Below are positions 45,653 to 55,725 of a stretch of 64,000 bases of DNA, piece after piece. The notes under the pieces were generated by a model. It did not search any database. It saw only the letters and a list, made by a program, of their open reading frames with translations, and was not told the DNA's origin. A program made the translations under genes and the position numbers. Position 1 is the first letter of the stretch. Each line of letters starts with the position of its first letter. The stretch comes from an uncultured bacterium (lineage in GTDB: Bacteria; UBP14; UBA6098; B30-G16), in contig CBEVQY010000002.1 in the NCBI GenBank assembly GCA_965552135.1, positions 1 to 64,000 of the forward strand. Reading direction: 5' to 3'.

Positions 45653-48600
45653 ATGAGGAGCGCTTTGATCTTTGGGTGTGTTTTGGCGTTATCGTTGGTT
45701 CCGGCGCTTTCGCAGGAGCCGCCGCCTATGTGCGCCTCTTTAGAGTACCCCGGCTTTCGCTACGCACCTTTCGGCGCCATTGTCCTTAGGATCGACAGCG
45801 TTTGCGCCACCTCCAACGCCGCCGTGTGCTCGAGCGGCGTCAGATACCAGTTCTGGCGGCACGTCATCTCGGGGCGGGCGGAGATGGAGGAGGTCTCACC
45901 CGTCGTTTCTGCCGATTCGTTCGTCTTCTCGGGCGCCCTGGACGGCGAGGTGTTCGAATACCGCGCCAGGGCAGTATGCGGCGACGACACGTCGGAGTGG
46001 TCCGATCCCCTCGTAATCACCCACGACCTCGAAAGCCCCACAACCGTCCCATTCTTCGATGCTGCGCACTGCCGCGAAGGACTCGACGACTCGACCCTAT
46101 ACGTCCAGCTTGTGTGGCAGCGCGCAACCGACAACGCATCCGGCGTGAGAGGATACGCCATCTACAGGTCGAACAGCTACTCAGATCTGCTCTACATAAC
46201 ACCATCCACGCCCGATATCGCCTTCATTCCGAACGACGGCTCGGAGATATACTGCTTTTACGACTACGACGTCGAGCCCGACAGGTACTACTACTACGCC
46301 GTCGTTCCGTACGACAGCGCGGGCGTGCCCTCCCTCGGGCGCGGACACTGGCCGACGACGGGGAACATCATCGAAGCCGTTTACACCGCAGGTCCGGGAT
46401 TTTGCTGCGGAAGCGGCGGAATGCTTTGCGCAGTGCTGAGGGAAATACCAAACGTCCTTACGACAACCTCCTACACCGTCGAGGTCAACAACGACGCCTG
46501 CCACCCCTGCTGCGGGATAATGTATCAGTACAGGCTTGTGGACCTGAGCACTGGCGACACGCTTGTGTCGGACTGGACGGCGATGCCGAGCTACAACTGG
46601 TCGCCGCTTGAGGACTGCCACAGCTACATCTTTTCCGCGCGGGCGCTCTGGGAGCACGACACAACCACCTGGAGCGACAGCCCGCCGAAGCTTTGTGATC
46701 TTTCCGGACCCGGGTGCGTCGACAGCCTGACGGTCACGCCCATAGCGAGCACGCCCGACGCACCAGGAGCACTCGACGTCCACTTCTACGTCTCGAACGA
46801 GGCGGAGCTCGACTGCGGCGTGGGCGTGGCTTACTACAAGCTCTACAGGATCGAGTACCCCGACGGGCTCGATGAGTTCCTCCCGTACGACACCTCCGAC
46901 ACCGAGCACCTGCTATGGACGTATCACGTCGGCGATACGTTCGGAACGAACATGGACTACGAGTTCTGCGACGACTGCCCAACAGACCCCGACATCGACC
47001 TCTCGGACGAGAAGACGTATATGTACATAGTCGTTGCCTTCGACAGCCTGGGTCGCTGGAGCTGGTGCGGCAGCAACGTCGACACGGGGACGGTCGACAA
47101 GGGCATCGCGCCGCCTATGCTCTTGCCGCTGCCTGTGTGGCACAGGTGCGACAGCGTCGTCCTGAGGATCGTCGACACAAGCTTCTGCGATATGACCGAA
47201 ATCCAGATAGAGCGCGCCCTGACGCCGGACTTTTCGGTGGGATATCACCTCTACGGTCCTTTCCCCGTCCACGACGATATCCTCCACAACCCCGACGACA
47301 GCATGTGTAACGACTGGGACACGCTTTCGTTCGTCATCCACTTCGACGAGCTTGAGGAGACGCAGTACTACTTCAGGGCGGTGGCGTATGATGAGCTTGG
47401 CAACATATCTGCGCCGTCCAACTACGTAAGCACCCGCTTCGACTGCACGCCGCCCCTTGCCGTCTCCCCCGATTCGGTCAAATCGGTGGCGGACTCCACG
47501 GGGACGGTCGACATAAAGGTTTGGTGGGCGCCGTCGAACGACGCGGGCGTCGGGATAATGGAGTACGACATATATCGCTCCTCCTCGCCCGGCGACATGG
47601 GCAGCCCTGTTGCCACCGTGCCCCACTCGCCGTTCATAACGTACTACGAGTGGGTCGACGACAACCCCAACCCTGCGAACAACTTCCACGATAACTACTA
47701 CACTGTGGTTGCCGTCGACAGCTTCGGCAACGCCAGCACCACAGGCGCCACCCGGGGATTTGCGGACGACACGCCGCCGATTCCCGTCAGGATAGACACC
47801 GTGTACACCGAGTACTCCGAAGGTGAGATGTGGGTTGTTGTTGAGTGGAGCGACACGACGCCCAGCGACTTCGGCACGGGAGGGTTCGGCAACAGCTACA
47901 GGCTCGAGCACTCCGCCGATCTTTCGTGGCTCTTCACCCGCGACCCGCTCCTCATAAACGTCGAGGAGCCCGTGTTCACCCACAGGATCCGCCTGCCGCG
48001 GTCGATATTCACGGGCTCGCCGAACAGATACTTCCACATCGCGACGATCGACATCTGGGGCAACGAGAGCGGCTACAGCGAGCCCTACTTCTTCTACGAC
48101 TCGAGCTGGGCTGCCGACACAGCCGTCCTGCACCTTTTTGCCGCGTGGAACCTCGTAAGCCTGCCTGTACTGCCGCGAAGCCTCGCCTTCGAGGACGTCT
48201 TCCCCACAGCCGGAACGCCCTGCGTCACCTTCGACGCCGAAGCGGCAACGTTCTACCCCGTCGACAGCCTCGGCATCGGGTGGGGGTACTGGATCATAAG
48301 CTACACCGACCAAGACGTCGGGATAACGGGCTACCACATTCCCGAGTACGCCCGCGTGCTCCCCGTTGGCGGGTGGTATCTTGTGGGCGGTGTATCCGAC
48401 ACGGCGGACTTTGCCGTCGTGCCCGATGAGGCGCGGCTTATGTCCCAGGTCGTCTGGTGGAACCCGTCGACGGGATCGTACGAACCCTCAAGCGAGCTTT
48501 TGCCCGGACGGGGCTACTGGATTTTGGTTGGTCAGCCCTGCACGCTTTTTGTTCCCAGCGGCGGGAGAACGCTGCGCGAAAGGGAGGCTGCGTGTAAGTG

Positions 48601-49192
48601 GAGCTTCGACATCACCGCGGGCACCCAGAAGCTTATGCTGTGCGTTGGCTCGGAGGGCGCGGTCCCGATGCCGCCAGCGCCTATGACGAATAGCCTGCCA
48701 GCCCTCATCCGAAACGGTCAAAAGCTCATACGCGACGCGACCGAAACGGGCGAATGGACCCTCCTTCTGCCCCACAAGGCGAAGGTCCGCTGGAACCCGC
48801 AGGCGCTTTCCGGAAGAAGGCTTTTGCTCATCGCAGGCGGCGAGGTGGATATGTCGCGCACGGGCGAGGTCGTCCTGCCAGCCGGTCAGTACAGGATAAT
48901 CCTTGCCTCAAAGCCAAAGCGGCTTGCCGTCTCGGCTAAACCGAACCCGTTTAACGCAAGCGTTGAGCTGACCCTGTCGGTTCCCGATGATGGGGATGCG
49001 AGGCTTGAGGTCATCTCCACCGACGGCAAGGTGGTGAGGGTTCTCTGGCGCGGCAGGCTAAGCTTTGGCGCGCATCGCTTCACCTGGGACGGCACCGACG
49101 CTGCAGGAAGACCAGCCGCGGGCGGGGTCTACATAGTTCGCGCCACCTTCGAGGGCGAAGTCGCATCGACAAGGATACTTCTCCTGAAGTAG
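45653..49192 (+). CDS. Large secreted FN3-repeat protein with T9SS/FlgD-type C-terminal domain
   Basis: Signal peptide ALS|Q; repeated W....D..G...Y.IYR and Y.V.A.D..GN.S modules; WNLVSLP/GYWI module; KPNPFN...WDGTD.AG...GGVY. Confidence 0.8.
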   Translation: MRSALIFGCVLALSLVPALSQEPPPMCASLEYPGFRYAPFGAIVLRIDSVCATSNAAVCSSGVRYQFWRHVISGRAEMEEVSPVVSADSFVFSGALDGEVFEYRARAVCGDDTSEWSDPLVITHDLESPTTVPFFDAAHCREGLDDSTLYVQLVWQRATDNASGVRGYAIYRSNSYSDLLYITPSTPDIAFIPNDGSEIYCFYDYDVEPDRYYYYAVVPYDSAGVPSLGRGHWPTTGNIIEAVYTAGPGFCCGSGGMLCAVLREIPNVLTTTSYTVEVNNDACHPCCGIMYQYRLVDLSTGDTLVSDWTAMPSYNWSPLEDCHSYIFSARALWEHDTTTWSDSPPKLCDLSGPGCVDSLTVTPIASTPDAPGALDVHFYVSNEAELDCGVGVAYYKLYRIEYPDGLDEFLPYDTSDTEHLLWTYHVGDTFGTNMDYEFCDDCPTDPDIDLSDEKTYMYIVVAFDSLGRWSWCGSNVDTGTVDKGIAPPMLLPLPVWHRCDSVVLRIVDTSFCDMTEIQIERALTPDFSVGYHLYGPFPVHDDILHNPDDSMCNDWDTLSFVIHFDELEETQYYFRAVAYDELGNISAPSNYVSTRFDCTPPLAVSPDSVKSVADSTGTVDIKVWWAPSNDAGVGIMEYDIYRSSSPGDMGSPVATVPHSPFITYYEWVDDNPNPANNFHDNYYTVVAVDSFGNASTTGATRGFADDTPPIPVRIDTVYTEYSEGEMWVVVEWSDTTPSDFGTGGFGNSYRLEHSADLSWLFTRDPLLINVEEPVFTHRIRLPRSIFTGSPNRYFHIATIDIWGNESGYSEPYFFYDSSWAADTAVLHLFAAWNLVSLPVLPRSLAFEDVFPTAGTPCVTFDAEAATFYPVDSLGIGWGYWIISYTDQDVGITGYHIPEYARVLPVGGWYLVGGVSDTADFAVVPDEARLMSQVVWWNPSTGSYEPSSELLPGRGYWILVGQPCTLFVPSGGRTLREREAACKWSFDITAGTQKLMLCVGSEGAVPMPPAPMTNSLPALIRNGQKLIRDATETGEWTLLLPHKAKVRWNPQALSGRRLLLIAGGEVDMSRTGEVVLPAGQYRIILASKPKRLAVSAKPNPFNASVELTLSVPDDGDARLEVISTDGKVVRVLWRGRLSFGAHRFTWDGTDAAGRPAAGGVYIVRATFEGEVASTRILLLK

Positions 49193-49242
49193 GGCGCATT
49201 CCACAACACCCGAAGGCGGGCGCGCAGGCTTTTGAGGAGGGG

Positions 49243-49310
49243 GCTCAGGCTTGAGGAAAACCCGATTTGACAGGCGAGCTCAGGCTTGGCGAGGAAAACC
49301 CGATTTGACA
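49243..49310 (+). repeat. Imperfect tandem direct repeat (about 30 and 33 bp), each copy ending in TTGACA
   Basis: GCTCAGGCTTGAGGAAAACCCGATTTGACA (49243-49272) and GCTCAGGCTTGGCGAGGAAAACCCGATTTGACA (49278-49310). Confidence 0.85.
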
Positions 49311-49329
49311 TAAGCAAAGGAGAGACGAT

Positions 49330-52300
49330 ATGAAGCGAGTCGCTTCGATAGCGGTCGTTGCGAGCCTGGCTGTTTTGGCTTTTGGTCAGGGGGCGCCTGT
49401 GCTCGACGAGCTTCCGGAGTATACCCCCGGCACCACCTGCCAGCTCCACTGGGAGCTTCCGCCCGACGCCGAGCCCACGGCGTATCACATCCAGGTGATG
49501 CCGGCGGAAACAGGGCTCCCCGACTTCCCCGACTCCATCGACTACAACTACTCCATCTTCCCCATCCCCCTGGGCGACGCGCCCGGGAACAGCTACGTTG
49601 TGGGTTTGTATCCCGGCGGTGCACCCGCCGACGACCCGCTCTCCGACGGAGTTCGATACTGCTACCGCATCCAGTATCGATACGGCGTTCCGCCCGACAC
49701 GGGCTTTTCGGAGTGGTCGAACGTGGTCTGCTCCACGCAGGACAACTCGGCGCCCGCGGTTGAGGTCACGCCGCTTCCCGTGTGGGTCAACACCGCCACG
49801 GTCGACATCTTCTTCCACGCCGAGGACGCCCTCGTGGGCGAAGTCGACTCGATGAAGCTCTACTACCGCACCGCGCCTGGGTCGCTCTGGGTCTTCTTCG
49901 CCGCCGAAGATGCCGCGGGCTCACCCGTGGACGACGAAATGACCTTCAACTCCGCCTCAACCGAAGGCGACGGATATTACGAGTTCTACATAGCAGCCCG
50001 CGACGTCCTGGGCAACGAAACTGATCCTAACAGCGGGCTAACACCGCATCCCATGCACACCTGGACCCGCTTCGACACTGAGGCGCCCGAGGCACACGTC
50101 CACGCGGATGAACTTGCGCCATTCTACACATCCAGAACTGTTGCGGTGCCCTTCTCCGCAACCGACACCTACAGCGGCGTCAAGGACGTAATAGTCTACT
50201 ACACCCGCAACGAGGGGGATCTCACGAGGCACGACTCCCTCTTCTTCGGCGGAGCCGAAAGCGTGGAGGAGGTCTACACCTTCTCCGTCGACCACGACGG
50301 AAGGTATGGGCTTTACTTTGAGGCTGTTGACTCCGCAGGCAACAGGGAGGGTTTGGAGGGCGAGGAGGCTTGCTTTTACATCGACACGAGGGCGCCCGAG
50401 TTTACGGCTGCATCGGCTTTCGACACCACAAGCTCACCGCACCGCTACGACGTTCCGGCAGAGCACGGATACACAAACTCCACCGCCGTGTTCGTCTTCC
50501 CGTCGGGCGCTGTGGACCCAACGGTGGACGGATACGCATCGACGATAGAAAGCGTTTACGTCTCCGAAAGCGCCGACTTCGAGGAAAACCTGCAGATATT
50601 CGAATACTCGGAGAGTGACAGCTACATATACGTGCTTTCCGCCGGGGAGGGCGAAAAGAGGATATACGTCCGCCTCAAGGACGTTGCGGGGAACTTTTCG
50701 GACGCGGAATCCACAGCTTTGGTGCTCGACACCGACGCGCCGACGATGAGATCTGTGGAGATAATCGACCGCACCTACGGCGCCACCGACACCACAGACG
50801 AGCTTGATGTAAAGCTCTTCCTCGACCCCGACCCGACGAGCTCATCCTACTGTATGGTTTTCGCCACGCAGGACGAGTCGGTCCTTGAACACATCCCCGA
50901 CGACGCATGGGCGGACTACCCCGCCAACGACACGCTGCTTTTCAGCTTCAGCGGCTTTTCGGACGGCGACTGGATGCACGTGTGGGTCGTTCTGCGCGAC
51001 TCGGCGGGGAACGTCTCCAACGCCGCGCACGACTCGATACTCTACCACCCCGTCTCCAACTACATGGTTGAGATCACGGGCGTGCGTGACATAGACGGTC
51101 CCGACACGAGCGGCACGTACACCGACACCACGCGCGTGGAGGTGACGATCACCTACGGCAGCGACGTGGACACGATAGAGCTTCGCGACGATCTGGGCGG
51201 CGTCGCCAGATACGGCGCGCCATCCACCGCGGCAACGGAGACAACGGTTACCTACATATTCGACCTCTCCGCCGGCGACGGGCTTAGGACAATCATCGCA
51301 AAAGGCAAACGCAACGACTACGCATTCTGGACCGCCCCGGACACAGCCCGGATCATCCTCGACACACACGACCCCTACCTCACGTCGATCACCGTCGAGG
51401 ATATCTCCACAAGCTTCGACGACGCCGACACAGCGGAGGTGGCTGATCCGGGGTTCACGAACGACCCGCTTGTGAAGGTTCTGTTCAACGACCCGTACGA
51501 TCCCGAAACGCCCCTGGGCAGCGGGATCTACTTCCTGCACGTCGAGTGCGACACCGAGGTTTTGGAGGCGCCTTTTGCTTCGCCTGTGGAGTTTGAGCTG
51601 CCCGGCGAGGACGGCACGTGGCGCGTGTACGCCGCAGTTCAGGACTCGGCGGGGAACTGGTCGGACCAAACGTTCTACGACATAGTGCTCGATACACACA
51701 GACCCACGATAAACTCCGTCGTCCTGAGGGACACCTCCTCGGGCGACGAGGACTACACCGACGAGCCCGTCGTAAGCGTTTTCACCGACGCGGACGACGG
51801 CGCACGTGGAGATCCGGCATACATCGCCTTCTTCGAGGACCCGGATATGTGGCCGAACAACCTCCAGGACATCTGGCAGCCCTACGGCGAAGTTCTGACC
51901 TATGAATTCGCCGACGACGAGCCGGGGATGAAGATACTCTACGTTGCGGTCAAGGACAACGCGGGCAACGTAAGCGTTGCGGCGTGTGACACGATCCTGT
52001 TCAACCCCGAGATACGGGTTTCGATAAGCCTCTTCGACTACGACCGCGGCGAAGCCTTCACGGAATACACCAACGAGCGCCGCGTTGGCGTGAAGTTCAA
52101 CCCGGTGGAGACGACGCCGGCGATGTACTACCTCTCCGAAGACACCATCCCGCCCTCGCCGGACGACTTCGTGAACGTGTATCCCTCCGACGACATAGCC
52201 GAATACAACCTTTCGCCTGGCGAGGGCGAGAAGGTTGTTTACGCTTGGCTTTTGTCGGTTGCGGGCACCGTCTCTCCACGAGCCGTCGACACCATAATCC

Positions 52301-53898
52301 TCGACATGACCGAGCCCGACCTGCCACAAGGGTTCCAGCTTTGGGACACAACGAGCCAGGATATCTGGTACACCACGTTTAAGGCGCATATGGGCTGGTC
52401 GAACGAGCTTTACGTCTACGGCTCGGTGCCGGAGGCGAGCGATAACCTATCCGGAGTCGACTCGCTGCACTTCTTGGGTCCGTTTGCCGACTCACTTTGG
52501 GTGAGCCAGCCGTTTGCCGTCGTCGAGGGCGGCATACAGGTTCACTGGCCGAACGACAGCGTCGAGCTCATCCTCGACGGCACCGAAGGAAGCTTCGACA
52601 TAACCGGCGGCGCTATGGACGGCGCGGGCAACTGGAACAACATCACAGTCCACGGCGGATACGACGTAACCCCTCCCCAGATGACGATTTTGGCGTTCGA
52701 GCACACCGACACCGGCTCCTATCCCGCCACGATCCCTATGGAGATAATCGAGGATCACCTCTGGAAGGTCTGTTACCGCGTGGTCGACATCGACACCATC
52801 GTCTGCGCGGTCTACAGGGCTGAGTGGGGGTCGGGTCCGACGTATGAGGTCGACTTCGCGCCCGCGGAGTTCCTCGATCCGCACAGCACATACCTCGTTG
52901 AGGTCGCAGCCGTCGACTCGGCAGGAAACTTCGACCTCGACTCGATGTTCATAGGAAGCAAGCTTTCGTTTAAGGTCGTCGACAAGCACGATACCACCGA
53001 CAGCGACTACACAGGTTGCGACACCGTCATAACAGTGATAGACGCGCTCCATCCGCCCGATTCGATGAGGTTTGCGGAAAACCCCGCCGCGCTTGAGTCT
53101 CAGCCGTGGCTGCCGTTCGAAAGAACGCACGAGTTCGTCTTCTCGAACCGAACAAACGAGACGAAATACGTTTACGCACAGGTTATGTTCGGCACATACG
53201 TCTCCCCCGTAAACGTCGACACGATAATCCTCGACACGATACCTCCCACGGTTGAGAGCATAAGCGCCTACGACCGCGACACAGACGACCCCTACTGGTC
53301 GGACGAGCAGACGGTGAAGATAGTGATAAACGGCGCCGCCGACACGCCGCCCGGGGTGGTTTACGCGCTGCGCGTGTCGGAGTCGCCGCAGTTCGACTAC
53401 AACACAAAAATCCTGACCTTCGAGCCCGACAACCCCGTGGTCTACTACACCGTCGCCGATGAACCATACGTTCCCGACGAAGACACCGGCGACGACCTCC
53501 TCTCCGTCCTCCACGCCGGAGCCCGAAGACTGTACGCCCAAGTCCTCGACAGAGCCGAAAACCCATCCCAAACCAAACACTACGACATAGTCGTCGACTG
53601 GGAGAAGGCGGAGGTCATAAACTTCCCCAACCCGTTCAATCCGAACGAGGGTCCAACGCACATAAGGGTCAAAGCCAGCACGCCCGGTGCGGCAGTCGAG
53701 GTCAAGATATACGATATGTTCGGCAACCTCGTTTGGAACACGAGCTTCACCCTCAAATCGGGCTCGCGCGAAGGGGATATCCTCTGGGACGGTAGGAACA
53801 ACGACGGCGAGATCGTGGCAAACGGCGGATATGTGTGCGTAGTAAACGTCGGCGACAAAACGGTGAAGCGCAAAATAGCGGTTTGGAAGGGAGAATAA
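49330..53898 (+). CDS. Very large acidic Ig-like repeat surface protein with FlgD/T9SS-like C-terminal domain
   Basis: Signal peptide AFG|Q; about ten D-x-A-G-N-x-S...I-x-L-D-T modules; tail NFPNPFNP...KIYDMFGNLV...WDGRN..G...GGY. Confidence 0.82.
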   Translation: MKRVASIAVVASLAVLAFGQGAPVLDELPEYTPGTTCQLHWELPPDAEPTAYHIQVMPAETGLPDFPDSIDYNYSIFPIPLGDAPGNSYVVGLYPGGAPADDPLSDGVRYCYRIQYRYGVPPDTGFSEWSNVVCSTQDNSAPAVEVTPLPVWVNTATVDIFFHAEDALVGEVDSMKLYYRTAPGSLWVFFAAEDAAGSPVDDEMTFNSASTEGDGYYEFYIAARDVLGNETDPNSGLTPHPMHTWTRFDTEAPEAHVHADELAPFYTSRTVAVPFSATDTYSGVKDVIVYYTRNEGDLTRHDSLFFGGAESVEEVYTFSVDHDGRYGLYFEAVDSAGNREGLEGEEACFYIDTRAPEFTAASAFDTTSSPHRYDVPAEHGYTNSTAVFVFPSGAVDPTVDGYASTIESVYVSESADFEENLQIFEYSESDSYIYVLSAGEGEKRIYVRLKDVAGNFSDAESTALVLDTDAPTMRSVEIIDRTYGATDTTDELDVKLFLDPDPTSSSYCMVFATQDESVLEHIPDDAWADYPANDTLLFSFSGFSDGDWMHVWVVLRDSAGNVSNAAHDSILYHPVSNYMVEITGVRDIDGPDTSGTYTDTTRVEVTITYGSDVDTIELRDDLGGVARYGAPSTAATETTVTYIFDLSAGDGLRTIIAKGKRNDYAFWTAPDTARIILDTHDPYLTSITVEDISTSFDDADTAEVADPGFTNDPLVKVLFNDPYDPETPLGSGIYFLHVECDTEVLEAPFASPVEFELPGEDGTWRVYAAVQDSAGNWSDQTFYDIVLDTHRPTINSVVLRDTSSGDEDYTDEPVVSVFTDADDGARGDPAYIAFFEDPDMWPNNLQDIWQPYGEVLTYEFADDEPGMKILYVAVKDNAGNVSVAACDTILFNPEIRVSISLFDYDRGEAFTEYTNERRVGVKFNPVETTPAMYYLSEDTIPPSPDDFVNVYPSDDIAEYNLSPGEGEKVVYAWLLSVAGTVSPRAVDTIILDMTEPDLPQGFQLWDTTSQDIWYTTFKAHMGWSNELYVYGSVPEASDNLSGVDSLHFLGPFADSLWVSQPFAVVEGGIQVHWPNDSVELILDGTEGSFDITGGAMDGAGNWNNITVHGGYDVTPPQMTILAFEHTDTGSYPATIPMEIIEDHLWKVCYRVVDIDTIVCAVYRAEWGSGPTYEVDFAPAEFLDPHSTYLVEVAAVDSAGNFDLDSMFIGSKLSFKVVDKHDTTDSDYTGCDTVITVIDALHPPDSMRFAENPAALESQPWLPFERTHEFVFSNRTNETKYVYAQVMFGTYVSPVNVDTIILDTIPPTVESISAYDRDTDDPYWSDEQTVKIVINGAADTPPGVVYALRVSESPQFDYNTKILTFEPDNPVVYYTVADEPYVPDEDTGDDLLSVLHAGARRLYAQVLDRAENPSQTKHYDIVVDWEKAEVINFPNPFNPNEGPTHIRVKASTPGAAVEVKIYDMFGNLVWNTSFTLKSGSREGDILWDGRNNDGEIVANGGYVCVVNVGDKTVKRKIAVWKGE

Positions 53899-53928
53899 GC
53901 TGAACTTAGAATAACGGAGGCGTTCGGT

Positions 53929-55725
53929 ATGCGCACACAAAAGCTTTTCTGGAGCCTTTTGGGCGCTTTGGCTTTGGTTGGCTACGCCTTTGGCGGAAGC
54001 TTTGGGCAGGCTGGGGCTTTTATGCGGTTCGGGTCGGATGCGCGATCGCTTGCGCTGGGAGGCGCATACTCCGTCGTTGCGAAAAACGCAAACGGGCTTT
54101 TGTACAACCCCGCCTCGCTGGCTGCACTCGAGAGATGGGAGCTTGCGATCACTCACGCGCAGCTTTTTGGCGACTCGAGGTACGACTTCATCTCATTCGG
54201 CTATCCGCTTGAGAAGCTTGGCAACATAGGCGTTGCGATAGCCGACTTCGGCGCCACGGAGTTCGATGGGCGCGACGAGTTCGGTCGATCCACAGGAAGC
54301 TTTGGTGTGCACGAGCTTTCCGCCATCGTCGGCTACGGCAGATGGATCTGGGGCAGGCGTCTTCGCGTGGGAGCGAGCGCAAAGTTTGTGCTAAACTCCG
54401 TCGGCGACGGCTCCGCCGCCGGATTCGGCGGAGTGGACCTGGGCGTCATAACCAAGGATCTTTCGCGCAGCATAAGGCTTGGCGTCGCCGTCCAGAACCT
54501 GGGCGCGCTCGATGTGGCGGGCGACAAGTACCCGATGACGATCCGCGCAAGCCTCGGATACCGCGCCCTAAGGCAACTTTATCTCCTCGCCGACGTCGAC
54601 CTCGTTGGCGGAGCGATAAAGCCGCACGTCGGCGCGGAGTTCAAACTAAGACACGTGCTGCTCAGAGCAGGCTACAACGCATCGGAGATAACTTTGGGTC
54701 TGGGGCTTGTGCTCGACGGAATCTTCCACGAGCTGCAAAGCTACGGTCGACCGGTTGTCGACTACTGCGCCGCCATCGGAAACCCGCTCGGAAACGACTT
54801 CGCAAGGTTCTCCATAACACTCCGCGGAAGGGAACGTTATAAGCTCTCAGACCTCCTCGTCCAAACCAACCCCTGCGAGAGGCTGACGGAGTTCGAGGGT
54901 CTTCTGGACAAGGACGGTCTTGTTGGCGCAAAAGCCAACCTCATGTTTGCCGACTGCTACTTCAACTACGAAAGCAAGGAGGCTCCGCTTGCGGCTGCGC
55001 CCAAGTTCGACAGAATATACTCCTATCTGCGCGAAGCATACATCGGCAAGTTCGGCTCGAACTGGACGCAGGCGATAATGACGCTTGAGGGTGCCAATCT
55101 CGTCTTCTCGCAGAGAACGCACTATATGTTCGCCGAGTGCGCCATGCACAAAGGGATAACGGAGGAGACGAAGAAACTCATCCAGGACCTCATCTTCGTC
55201 GGCGGCGACAGCACCCAATACGACGTGCGCCTGCAGTACGACCTCGGCTACACCTACGAGATGCTCGGCTACACAGACAGCGCCAAATCGATATACGGTG
55301 CGATAGCAAGCCGCGAGGGGCTTGAGGACCCCGTAAAGCCGCTTTCGCTTTATCGTCTGGCGCTGCTTCTGCAAAACGATGACCCCGACAGCGCGATAAA
55401 GCTTCTGGACGCACTCGTCAGGGACTTCCCATGGGGCTTCTACGACGAGACCGGCGAGCGCGTGTCGTACCCAATGTTCCCAAAGTACAAGGACAACAGC
55501 ATAACCGACGACGCACTGCTCCTTATGGGCGACATATACGCCGCCAAGGGGGGCGAGGACAATCTGCGCGCCGCTCTGCAGGCTTATCTGGATATACTCC
55601 TCTTCTACCCCACAGCCACCGACGACGTCCTCAAGGCTGCCTGCGAGCGCGCAGCAAACGTCTACAGCTCCCTGGGGATGAGCGAAGAAGCCGAACTTAT
55701 GCGCCAGAGGGCTGAAAGCCTATGA
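53929..55725 (+). CDS. PorV/PorQ (UPF0164)-like beta-barrel fused to a C-terminal TPR region
   Basis: Signal peptide; AFMRFGSDARSLALGGAY...YNPASL, amphipathic strands, LRAGY; helical TPR-like C-terminal half. Confidence 0.75.
   Translation: MRTQKLFWSLLGALALVGYAFGGSFGQAGAFMRFGSDARSLALGGAYSVVAKNANGLLYNPASLAALERWELAITHAQLFGDSRYDFISFGYPLEKLGNIGVAIADFGATEFDGRDEFGRSTGSFGVHELSAIVGYGRWIWGRRLRVGASAKFVLNSVGDGSAAGFGGVDLGVITKDLSRSIRLGVAVQNLGALDVAGDKYPMTIRASLGYRALRQLYLLADVDLVGGAIKPHVGAEFKLRHVLLRAGYNASEITLGLGLVLDGIFHELQSYGRPVVDYCAAIGNPLGNDFARFSITLRGRERYKLSDLLVQTNPCERLTEFEGLLDKDGLVGAKANLMFADCYFNYESKEAPLAAAPKFDRIYSYLREAYIGKFGSNWTQAIMTLEGANLVFSQRTHYMFAECAMHKGITEETKKLIQDLIFVGGDSTQYDVRLQYDLGYTYEMLGYTDSAKSIYGAIASREGLEDPVKPLSLYRLALLLQNDDPDSAIKLLDALVRDFPWGFYDETGERVSYPMFPKYKDNSITDDALLLMGDIYAAKGGEDNLRAALQAYLDILLFYPTATDDVLKAACERAANVYSSLGMSEEAELMRQRAESL

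Noticed and set aside
49243..49310. Direct repeat considered as a mini-CRISPR
   Set aside because: Only two imperfect copies separated by 5 nt; no spacers and no cas genes
50842..54156. 515-aa and 554-aa minus-strand ORFs
   Set aside because: Antisense to the giant Ig-repeat gene; their V/D/R-rich composition mirrors the sense codon bias
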